Under the pieces are notes generated by a model. It saw only the letters and a list, made by a program, of their open reading frames with translations. It did no database searches and was not told the origin of the DNA. A stretch of DNA of 64,000 bases, taken from assembly GCF_009914755.1 (NCBI RefSeq), contig NC_060927.1; one strand, written 5' to 3'. This stretch comes from the human T2T-CHM13v2.0 reference genome, Homo sapiens. Each line of letters begins with the position of its first letter. Positions within the stretch are counted from its first letter, which is position 1. The translations under genes and the position numbers were made by a program. Below, in pieces: positions 1 to 14,000 of the stretch.

Positions 1-1299
1 TATATTATATACTGTAAATAAAATATCAAAGTACCCAAGGTATATATTCTATACTGTACAAAAAATATCAAAGTACCCAAAGCATGTATTATATACTGTA
101 CATAAAATATGAAAGTACATCAAATATATATTTTATTCTGTACATAAAATATCAAAGTACACCACATATATATTCTATAGTGTACATAAAATAACAAAGT
201 ACACAAACTATAAATTATATCCTGTACATAAAATATGAAATTACATCAAATATATATTAGGTACATAAAATATGAAAGTACATCAAATATAGATTATATA
301 CTGTACATTAAGTACCAAAGTACACCAAATATATATTTTATTCTGTACATAAAATATCAAAGTACACCAGATATATATTCTATAGTGTACATAAAATATC
401 AAAGTACCCAAACTATACATTATATACTGTACATAAAATATGAAATTACAGCAAATATATATTATATTAGGTACATAAAATACGAAAGTACATCAAATAT
501 AGATTATATACTGTACATAAAATATGAAAGTACCCCAATATATATTATATACTCTACATGAAATATCAAAGTTCACAAACTATATATTATGTACTGTACA
601 TAAAATATCAAACTACCCAAGGTATATATTCTATACTGTACAAAAAATATCAAAGTACCCAAAGCATGTATTATATAATGTAAATAAAATAGGAAAGTAC
701 ATCAAATATATATTTTATTCTGTACATAAAATATCAAAGAACACCAGATATATATTCTATAGTGTACATAAAATATCAAAGTACCCAAACTATACATTAT
801 ATACTGTACATAAAATATGAAATTACATCATATATATATTAGGTACATAAAATATGAAAGTACATCAAATATATATTTTATTCTGTACATAAAATATCAA
901 AGTACACCAGATATATATTCTATAGTGTACATAAAATAACAAAGTACACAAACTATAAAATATATACTGTACATAAAATATGAAATTACATCAAATATAT
1001 ATTAGGTACATAAAATATGAAAGTACATCAAATATAGATTATATACTGTACATATAATATCAGTGTACCCCAAATATATATTTTATACTCTACATGAAAT
1101 ATCAAAGTTCACAAACCATACATTATATACTTTCCATAAAATATCAAAGTACCCATGGCATATATTCTATACTGTACAAAAGATATCAAAGTACCCAAAG
1201 CATGTATTATATACTGTACATAAAATATGAAAGTACATCAAATATATATTTTATTCTGTACATAAAATATCAAAGTACACCAGATATATATTCTATAGT

Positions 1300-4200
1300 G
1301 TACATAAAATATCAAAGTACCCAAACTATATATTATATACTGTACATAAAATATGAAATTACATCAAATATGTATTATATTAGGTACATAAAATATGAAA
1401 GTACATCAAATATAGATTATATACCGTACATAAAATATCAAAGTACCACAAATATATATTATATACTATACATGAAATATCAAATATCACAAACTATATA
1501 TTATATACTGTACATAAAATATCAAAGTACCCAATGTATATATTCTATAGTGTACAAAAAATATCAAAGTACCCAAAGCATGTATTATATACTGTACATA
1601 AAATATAAAAGTACATCAAATATATATTTTATTCTGTACATAAAATATGAAAGTACACCAGATATATATTCTATAGTGTACATAAAATATCAAAGTACCC
1701 AAACTATACATTATATACGGTACATAAAATATGAAATTACATCAAATATATATTATATTAGGTACTTAAAATATGAAAGTACATCAAATATAGATTATAT
1801 ACTGTACATAAAATATCAAAGTACCCCAAATATATATTATATACTGTACATGAAATATCAAAGTTCACAACTATATATTATATACTGTAGATAAAATATC
1901 AAAGTCCCCAAGGTATATATTCTATACTGTACAAAAAATATCAAAGTACACAAAGGATGTATTATATACTGTACATAAAATATGAAATTACATCAAATAT
2001 ATATTATATTAGGTATATAAAATATGAAAGTACATCAAATATAGATTATATACTGTACATAAAATATCAAAGTACCCCAAATATATATTATATACTGTAC
2101 ATGTAATATCAAAGTTCACAACTATATATTACATACTGTACATAAAATATCAAAGTACCCAAGGTATATATTCTATACTGTACAAAAAATATCAAAGTAC
2201 CCAAAGCATGTATTATATACTGTATATAAAATATGAAAGTACATCAAATATATATTTTATTCTGTACATAAAATATCAAAGTACACCAGATATATATTCT
2301 ATAGTGTATATAAAATATCAAAGTACCCAAACTATACATTATATACTGTACATAAAATATGAAATTACATCAAATATATATTATATTGGGTACATAAAAT
2401 ATGAAAGTACATGAAGTATAGATTATATACTGTACATAAAATATCAAAGTACCCCAAATTTATATTATATACTATACATGAAATATCAAAGTTCACAAAC
2501 TATATATTATATACTGTACATAAAATATCAAAGTACCCAAGGTATATATTCTATAGTGTACAAAAAATATCAAAGTACCCAAAGCATGTATTATATACCG
2601 TACATAAAATATAAAATTACATCAAATATATATTTTATTCTGTACATAAAATATCAAAGTACACCAGATATATATTCTATAGAGTACATAAAATATCAAA
2701 GTACCCAAACTATACATTACATACTGTACATAAAATATGAAATTACATCAAATATATATTATAATAGGTACATAAAATATGAAAGTACATGAAATATAGA
2801 TTATATACTGTACATTAAATACGAAAGAACCCCAAATATATATTTTGTACTGTACATGAAATATCAAAGTACCCAAGGTATATATTCTATACTGTACAAA
2901 AAATATCAAAGTACCCAAAGCATGTATTACAAACTGTACATAAAATATGAAAGTCCATCAAATATATATTTTATACTGTACATAAAATATCAAAGTACAC
3001 CAGATATATATTCTATAGTGTACATAAAATATCAAAGTACCCAAACTATACATTATATACTGTACATAAAATATGAAATTACATCAAATATATATTATAT
3101 TAGGTACATAAAATATGAAAGTACATCAAATATAGATTATATACTGTACATTAAGTACCAAAGTACCCCAAATATGTATTTTATACTGTACATGAAATAT
3201 CAAAGTTCACAAACTATATATTATATACTGTACATAAAATATCAAAGTACCCAAGGTATATATTCTATACTGTACAAAAGATATCAAAGTACCCAAAGCA
3301 TGTATTATATACTGTACATAAAATATGAAAGTACATCATATATATATTTTATTCTGTACATAAAATATTAAAGTACACCAGATATATATTCTATAGTGTA
3401 CATAAAATATCAAAGTACCCAAACTATACATTATATACTGTACATAAAATATGAAATTACATCAAATATATATTAAGTACATAAAATATGAAAGTACATC
3501 AAATATGGATTATATACTGTACATAAAATATCAATGTACACCAAATATATATTATATACTCTACATGAAATATCAAAGTTCACAAACTATATATTGTATA
3601 CTGTCCATAAAATATCAAAGTACCCAAGGTATATATTCTATACTGTACAAAAAATATCAAAGTACCCAAAGCATGTATTATATACTGTACCTAAAATATG
3701 AAAGTACATCAAATATATATTTTATTCTGTACATAAAATATCAAAGTACACCAGATATATATTCTATAGTGTATATAAAATATCAAAGTACCCAAACTAT
3801 ACATTATGTACTGTACATAAAATATGAAATTACATCAAATATATATTATATTAGGTACATAAAATATGAAAGTACATCAAATATAGATTATATACTGTAC
3901 ATAAAATATCAAAGTACCCCGAATATATATTATATACTCTACATGAAATATCAAAGTTCACAAACTATATATTATATACTGTACATAAAATATCAAAGTA
4001 CCCAAGGTATATATTCTATACTGTACAAAAAATATCAAGGTACCCAAAGCATGTATTATATACTGTACATAAAATATGAAAGTACATCAAATATATATTT
4101 TATTCTGTACATAAAATATCAAAGTACACCAGATATATATTCTATAGTGTATATAAAATATCAAAGTACCCAAACTATACATTATATACTGTACATAAAA

Positions 4201-5010
4201 TATGAAATTACATCAAATATATATTATATTAGGTACATAAAATATGAAAGTACATGAAGTATAGATTATATACTGTACATAAAATATCAAAGTACCCCAA
4301 ATTTATATTATATACTATACATGAAATATCAAAGTTCACAAACTATATATTATATACTGTACATAAAATATCAAAGTACCCAAGGTATATATTCTATAGT
4401 GTACAAAAAATATCAAAGTACCCAAAGCATGTATTATATACCGTACATAAAATATAAAATTACATCAAATATATATTTTATTCTGTACATAAAATATCAA
4501 AGTACACCAGATATATATACTATAGTGTACATAAAATATCAAAGTACCCAAACTATACATTATACACTGTACATAAAATATGAAATTACATCAAATATAT
4601 ATTAGGTACATAAAATATGAAAGTACATCAAATATAGATTATATACTGTAAATATAATATCAATGTACCCCAAATATATATTTTATACTCTACATGAAAT
4701 ATCAAAGTTCACAAACCATATATTATATACTGTACATAAAATATCAAAGTACCCAAGGTATATATTCTATACTGTACAAAAAATATCAAAGTACCCAAAG
4801 CATGTATTATATACTGTATATAAAATATGAAAGTACATCAAATATATATTTTATTCTGTACATAAAATATCAAAGTACACCAGATATATATTCTATAGTG
4901 TACATAAAATATCAAAGTACCCAAACTATACATTATATACTGTACATAAAATATGAAATTACATCAAATATATATTATATTAGGTACATGAAATATGAAA
5001 GTACATCAAA
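1300..5010 (+). repeat. Older, more diverged block duplicated at +10,157 bp (about 11460-15170)
   Basis: ORF pairs 2208/12365, 2411/12568, 2478/12635, 4254/14411 and 4694/14851 have offset 10157. Pair 3451/13986 has offset 10535 (=10157+378). Shared 6-mer and 8-mer truncated HORs and variants gtcccc, agagtac, ataatagg, aagtccatc. Confidence 0.8.
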
Positions 5011-5071
5011 TATAGATTATATACTGTACATAAAATATGAAAGTACCCCAAATATATATTATATACTCTAC
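4694..5071 (+). repeat. Representative canonical 378-bp HOR unit (9 x 42 bp)
   Basis: Successive 'atgaaatatcaaagttcac' starts at 4694 and 5072. In the open frame the nine monomers read MKYQSSQTIYYILY / IKYQSTQGIYSILY / KKYQSTQSMYYILY / IKYESTSNIYFILY / IKYQSTPDIYSIVY / IKYQSTQTIHYILY / IKYEITSNIYYIRY / (I/M)KYESTSNIDYILY / IKY(Q/E)STPNIYYILY, 14 codons each (numbered monomers 1-9 below). Confidence 0.95.
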
Positions 5072-8000
5072 ATGAAATATCAAAGTTCACAAACTATATA
5101 TTATATACTGTACATAAAATATCAAAGTACCCAAGGTATATATTCTATACTGTACAAAAAATATCAAAGTATCCAAAGCATGTATTATATAGTGTATATA
5201 AAATATGAAATTACATCAAATATATATTTTATTCTGTACATAAAATATCAAAGTACACCAGATATATATTCTATAGTGTACATAAAATATCAAAGTACCC
5301 AAACTATACATTATATACTGTACATAAAATATGAAATTACAGCAAATATATATTATATTAGGTACATAAAATATGAAAGTACATCAAATATAGATTATAT
5401 ACTGTACATTAAATACCAAAGTACCCCAAATATATATTTTATACTGTACATGAAATATCAAAGTTCACAAACTATATATTATATACTGTACATAAAATAT
5501 CAATGTACCCAAGGTATATATTCTATACTGCACAAAAAATATCAAAGTACCCAAAGCATGTATTATATACTGCATATAAAATATGAAAGTACATCAAATG
5601 TATATTTTATTCTGTACATAAAATATCAAAGTACACCAGATATATATTCTATAGTGTACATAAAATAACAAAGTACACAAACTATAAATTATATCCTGTA
5701 CATAAAATATGAAATTACATCAAATATATAGTAGGTACATAAAATATGAAAGTACATCAAATATAGATTATATACTGTACATAAAATATCAATGTACCCC
5801 AAATATATATTTTATACTCTACATGAAATATCAAAGTTCACAAACCATATATTATATACTGTACATAAAATATTAAATACCCAAGGTATATATTCTATAC
5901 TATACAAAAAATATCAAAGTACCCAAAGCATGTATTATATACTGTACATAAAATATGAAAGTACATCAAATATATATTTTATTCTGTACATAAAATATCA
6001 AAGTACACTAGATATATATTCTATAGTGTACAAAAAATATCAAAATACCCAAACTATACATTATATACTGTACATAAAATATGAGATTACATCAAATATA
6101 TATTATATTAGGTACATAAAATATGAAAGTACATCAAATATAGATTATATACTGTACATAAAATATCAAAGTACCCCGAATATATATTATATACTCTACA
6201 TGAAATATCAAAGTTCACAAACTATATATTATATACTGTACATAAAATATCAAAGTACCCAAGGTATATATTCTATACTGTACAAAAAATATCAAAGTAC
6301 CCAAAGCATGTATTATATACTGTATATAAAATAAGAAAGTACATTAAATATATATTTTATTCTGTACATAAAATATCAAAGTACACCAGATATATATTCT
6401 ATAGTGTACATAAAATAACAAAGTACACAAACTATAAATTATATACTGTACATAAAATATGAAATTACATCAAATATATATTAGGTACATAAAATATGAA
6501 AGTACATCAAATATAGATTATATACTGTACATATAATATCAATGTACCCCAAATATATATTTTATACTCTACATGAAATATCAAAGTTCACAAACCATAC
6601 ATTATATACTGTACATAAAATATCAAAGTACCCAAGTTATATATTCTATACTGTACAAAAGATATCAAAGTACCCAAAGCATGTATTATATACTGTATAT
6701 AAAATATGAAAGTACATCAAATATATATTATATACTGTACATAAAATATCAAAGTACACCAGATATATATTTTATAGTGTACATAAAATATCAAAGTACC
6801 CAAACTATACATTATATACTGTACATAAAATATGAGATTACATCAAATATATATTATATTAGGTACATAAAATATGAAAGTACATCAAATATAGATTATA
6901 TACTGTACATTAAATACCAATATACCCCAAATATATATTTTATACTGTACATGAAATATCAAAGTTCACACACTATATATTATATACTGTACATAAAATA
7001 TCAAAGTACCCAAGGTATATATTCTATACTGTACAAAAAACATCAAAGTACCCAAAGCATGTATTATATACTGTACATAAAATATGAAAGTACATCAAAT
7101 ATATATTTTATTCTGTACATAAAATATCAAAGTACACCAGATATATATTCTATAGTGTACATAAAATATCAAAGTACCCAAACTATACATTATATACTGT
7201 ACATAAAATATGAAATTACATCAAATATATATTATATTAGGTACATAAAATAAGAAAGTACATCAAATATAGATTATATACTGTACATAAAATATCAAAG
7301 TACCCCAAATATATATTATATACTCTACATGAAATATCAAAGTTCACAAACTATATATTATATACTGTATATAAAATATCAAAGTACCCAAGGTATATAT
7401 TCTATACTGTACAAAGAATATCAAAGTATCCAAAGCATGTTTTATATACTGTATATAAAATATGAAAGTACATTAAAGATATATTTTATTCTGTACATAA
7501 AATATCAAAATACACCAGACATATATTCTATAGTGTACATAAAATAACAAAGTACACAAATTATAAATTATATACTGTACATAAAATATGAAATTACATC
7601 AAATATATATTAGGTACATAAAATATGAAAGTACATCAAATATAGATTATATACTGTACATATAATATCAATGTACCCCAAATATATATTTTATACTCTA
7701 CATGAAATATCAAAGTTCACAAACCATACATTATATACTGTACATAAAATATCAAAGTACCCAAGTTATATATTCTATACTGTACAAAAGATATCAAAGT
7801 ACCCAAAGCATGTATTATATACTGTATATAAAATATGAAAGTACATCAAATATATATTATATACTGTACATAAAATATCAAAGTACACCAGATATATATT
7901 TTATAGTGTACATAAAATATCAAAGTACCCAAACTATACATTATATACTGTACATAAAATATGAGATTACATCAAATATATATTATATTAGGTACATAAA

Positions 8001-11000
8001 ATATGAAAGTACATCAGATATAGATTATATACTGTACATAAAATATCAAAGTACCCCAAATATATATTATATACTCTACATGAAATATCAAAGTTCACAA
8101 ACTATATATTATATACTGTACATAAAATATCAAAGTACCCAAGGTATATATTCTATACTGTACAAAAAATATCAAAATACCCAAAGCATGTATTATATAC
8201 TGTATATAAAATATGAAAATACATTAAATATATATTTTATTCTGTACATAAAATATCAAAGTACACCAGATATATATTCTATAGTGTACATAAAATAACA
8301 AAGTACACAAACTATAAATTATATACTGTACGTAAAATATGAAATTACATCAAATATATATTAGGTACATAAAATATGAAAGTACATCAAATATAGATTA
8401 TATACTGTACATATAATATCAATGTACCCCAAATATATATTTTATACTCTACATGAAATATCAAAGTTCACAAACCATACATTATATACTTTCCATAAAA
8501 TATCAAAGTACCCATGGCATATATTCTATACTGTACAAAAGATATCAAAGTACCCAAAGCATGTATTATATACTGTACATAAAATATGAAAGTACATCAA
8601 ATATATATTTTATTCTGTACATAAAATATCAAAGTACACCAGATATATATTCTATAGTGTACATAAAATATCAAAGTACCCAAACTATATATTATATACT
8701 GTACATAAAATATGAAATTACATCAAATATGTATTATATTAGGTACATAAAATATGAAAGTACATCAAATATAGATTATATACCATACATAAAATATCAA
8801 AGTACCCCAAATATATATTATATACTATACATGAAATATCAAATATCACAAACTATATATTATATACTGTACATAAAATATCAAAGTACCCAATGTATAT
8901 ATTCTATAGTGTACAAAAAATATCAAAGTACCCAAAGCATGTATTATATACTGTACATAAAATATAAAAGTACATCAAATATATATTTTATTCTGTACAT
9001 AAAATATGAAAGTACACCAGATATATATTCTATAGTGTACATAAAATATCAAAGTACCCAAACTATACATTATATACTGTACATAAAATATGAAATTACA
9101 TCAAATATATATTATATTAGGTACTTAAAATATGAAAGTACATCAAATATAGATTATATACTGTACATAAAATATCAAAGTACCCCAAATATATATTATA
9201 TACTCTACATGAAATATCAAAGTTCACAAACTATATATTATATACTGTACATAAAATATCAAAGTACCCAAGGTATATATTCTATACTGTACAAAAAATA
9301 TCAAAGTATCCAAAGCATGTTTTATATACTGTATATAAAATATGAAAGTACATTAAAGATATATTTTATTCTGTACATAAAATATCAAAATACACCAGAT
9401 ATATATTCTATAGTGTACATAAAATAACAAAGTACAGAAACTATAAATTATATACTGTACATAAAATATGAAATTACATCAAATATATATTAGGTACATA
9501 AAAGATGAAAGTACATCAAATATAGATTATATACTGTACATATAATATCAATGTACCCCAAATATATATTTTATACTCTACATGAAATATCAAAGTTCAC
9601 AAACCATACATTATATACTGTACATAAAATATCAAAGTACCCAAGTTATATATTCTATACTGTACAAAAGATATCAAAGTACCCAAAGCATGTATTATAT
9701 ACTGTATATAAAATATGAAAGTACATCAAATATATATTATATACTGTACATAAAATATCAAAGTACACCAGATATATATTTTATAGTGTACATAAAATAT
9801 CAAAGTACCCAAACTATACATTATATACTGTACATAAAATATGAGATTACATCAAATATATATTATATTAGGTACATAAAATATGAAAGTATATCAGATA
9901 TAGATTATATACTGTACATAAAATATCAAAGTACCCCAAATATATATTATATACTCTACATGAAATATCAAAGTTCACAAACTATATATTATATACTGTA
10001 CATAAAATATCAAAGTACCCAAGGTATATATTCTATACTGTACAAAAAATATCAAAATACCCAAAGCATGTATTATATACTGTATATAAAATATGAAAGT
10101 ACATCAAGTATATATTTTATTCTGTACATAAAATATCAAAGTACACCAGATATATATTCTATAGTGTACATAAAATATCAAAGTACCCAAACTATACATT
10201 ATATACTGTACATAAAATATGAAATTACAGCAAATATATATTATATTAGGTACATAAAATATGAAAGTACATCAAATATAGATTATATACTGTACATTAA
10301 ATACCAAAGTACCCCAAATATATATTTTATACTGTACATGAAATATCAAAGTTCACAAACTATATATTATATACTGTACATAAAATATCAATGTACCCAA
10401 GGTATATATTCTATACTGCACAAAAAATATCAAAGTACCCAAAGCATGTATTATATACTGTATATAAAATATGAAAGTACATCAAATATATATTTTATTC
10501 TGTACATAAAATATCAAAGTACACCAGATATATATACTATAGTGTACATAAAATATCAAAGTACCCAAACTATACATTATATACTGTACATAAAATATGA
10601 AATTACATCAAATATATATTATATTAGGTACATAAAATACGAAAGTACATCAAATATAGATTATATACTGTACATAAAATATCAAAGTACCCCAATATAT
10701 ATTATATACTGTACATGAAATATCAAAGTTCACAAACTATATATTATGTACTGTACATAAAATATCAAAGTACCCAAGGTATATATTCTATACTGTACAA
10801 AAAATATCAAAGTACCCAAAGCATGTATTATATAATGTACATAAAATATGAAAGTACATCAAATATATATTTTATTCTGTACATAAAATATCAAAGAACA
10901 CCAGATACATATTCTATAGTGTACATAAAATATCAAAGTACCCAAACTATACATTATATACTGTACATAAAATATGAAATTACATCATATATATATTAGG

Positions 11001-14000
11001 TACATAAAATATGAAAGTACATCAAATATATATTTTATTCTGTACATAAAATATCAAAGTACACCAGATATATATTCTATAGTGTACATAAAATAACAAA
11101 GTACACAAACTATAAATTATATACTGTACATAAAATATGAAATTACATCAAATATATATTAGGTACATAAAATATGAAAGTACATCAAATATAGATTATA
11201 TACTGTACATATAATATCAATGTACCCGAAATATATATTTTATACTCTACATGAAATATCAAAGTTCACAAACCATATATTGTATAATGCACATAAAATA
11301 TCAAAATACCCAAGGTATATATTCTATACTGTACAAAAAATATCAAAGTACCCAAAGCATGTATTATATACTGTACATAAAATATGAAAGTACATCAAAT
11401 ATATATTTTATTCTGTACATAAAATATCAAAGTACACCACATATATATTCTGTAGTGTACATAAAATATCAAAGTACCCAAACTATATATTATATACAGT
11501 ACATAAAATATGAAATTACATCAAATATGTATTATATTAGGTACATAAAATATGAAAGTACATCAAATATAGATTATATACCGTACATAAAATATCAAAG
11601 TACCCCAAATATATATTATATACTATACATGAAATATCAAATATCACAAACTATATATTATATACTGTACATAAAATATCAAAGTACACAATGTATATAT
11701 TCTATAGTGTACAAAAAATATCAAAGTACCCAAAGCATGTATTATATACTGTACATAAAATATAAAAGTACATCAAATATATATTTTATTCTGTACATAA
11801 AATATGAAAGTACACCAGATATATATTCTATAGTGTACATAAAATATCAAAGTACCCAAACTATACATTATATACTGTACATAAAATATGAAATTACATC
11901 AAATATATATTATATTAGGTACTTAAAATATGAAAGTACATCAAATATAGATTATATACTGTACACAAAATATCAAAGTACCACAAATATATATTATATA
12001 CTGTACATGAAATATCAAAGTTCACAACTATATATTATATACTGTACATAAAATATCAAAGTCCCCAAGGTATATATTCTATACTGTACAAAAAATATCA
12101 AAGTACACAAAGCATGTATTATATACTGTACATAAAATATGAAATTACATCAAATATATATTATATTAGGTACATAAAATATGAAAGTACATCAAATATA
12201 GATTATATACTGTACATAAAATATCAAAGTACCCCAAATATATATTATATACTGTACATGTAATATCAAAGTTCACAACTATATATTACATACTGTACAT
12301 AAAATATCAAAGTACCCAAGGTATATATTCTATACTGTACAAAAAATATCAAAGTACCCAAAGCATGTATTATATACTGTACATAAAATATGAAAGTACA
12401 TCAAATATATATTTTATTCTGTACATAAAATATCAAAGTACACCAGATATATATTCTATAGTGTATATAAAATATCAAAGTACCCAAACTATACATTATA
12501 TACTGTACATAAAATATGAAATTACATCAAATATATATTATATTAGGTACATAAAATATGAAAGTACATGAAGTATAGATTATATACTGTACATAAAATA
12601 TCAAAGTACCCCAAATTTATATTATATACTATACATGAAATATCAAAGTTCACAAACTATATATTATATACTGTACATAAAATATCAAAGTACCCAAGGT
12701 ATATATTCTATAGTGTACAAAAAATATCAAAGTACCCAAAGCATGTATTATATACCGTACATAAAATATAAAATTACATCAAATATATATTTTATTCTGT
12801 ACATAAAATATCAAAGTACACCAGATATATATTCTATAGAGTACATAAAATATCAAAGTACCCAAACTATACATTACATACTGTACATAAAATATGAAAT
12901 TACATCAAATATATATTATAATAGGTACATAAAATATGAAAGTACATCAAATATAGATTACATACTGTACATTAAATACGAAAGTACCCCAAATATATAT
13001 TTTATACTGTACATGAAATATCAAAGTACCCAAGGTATATATTCTATACTGTACAAAAAATATCAAAGTACCCAAAGCATGTATTACAAACTGTACATAA
13101 AATATGAAAGTCCATCAAATATATATTTTATTCTGTACATAGAATATCAAAGTACACCAGATATATATTCTATAGTGAACATAAAATATCAAAGTACCCA
13201 AACTATACATTATATACTGTACATAAAATATGAAATTACATCAAATATATATTATATTAGGTACATAAAATATGAAAGTACATCAAATATAGATTATATA
13301 CTTTACATTAAGTACCAAAGTACCCCAAATATATATTTTATACTGTACATGAAATATCAAAGTTCACAAACTATATATTATATACTGTACATAAAATATG
13401 AAAGTACCCAAGGTATATACTCTATACTGTACAAAAAATATCAAAGTACCCAAAGCATGTATTATATACTGTACATAAAGTAAGAAAGTACATCAAATAT
13501 ATATTTTATTCTGTACATAAAATATCAAGGTACACCAGATATATATTCTATAGTGTACATAAAATATCAAAGTACCCAAACTATAAATTATATACTGTAC
13601 ATAAAATATGAAATTACATCAAATATATATTATATTAGGTACATAAAATATGAAAGTACATCAAATATAGATTATATACTCTACATTAAATACCAAAGTA
13701 CCCCAAATATATGTTTTATACTGTACATGAAATATCAAAGTTCACAAAGTATATATTATATACTGTACATAAAATATCAAAGTACCCAAGGTATATATTC
13801 TATACTGTACAAAAGATATCAAAGTACCCAAAGCATGTATTATATACTGTACATAAAATATGAAAGTACATCATATATATATTTTATTCTGTACATAAAA
13901 TATTAAAGTACGCCAGATATATATTCTATAGTGTACATAAAATATCAAAGTACCCAAACTATACATTATATACTGTACATAAAATATGAAATTACATCAA

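Larger units (their letters stand above)
1..6527 (+). repeat. Copy 1 of near-identical block duplicated at +27,815 bp
   Basis: ORFs 235, 524, 1094, 2208, 2856, 3451, 4694 and 5792 recur at 28050, 28339, 28909, 30023, 30671, 31266, 32509 and 33607. Rare variants are shared (accacata, cagtgtacc, ttgggtac, atggatt, gtagg, cactag). Confidence 0.92.

Noticed and set aside
524-820. Alternative-frame ORFs (KISKYPK-type)
   Set aside because: They arise when a SNV removes the usual TGA in the second frame. They have the same satellite origin.
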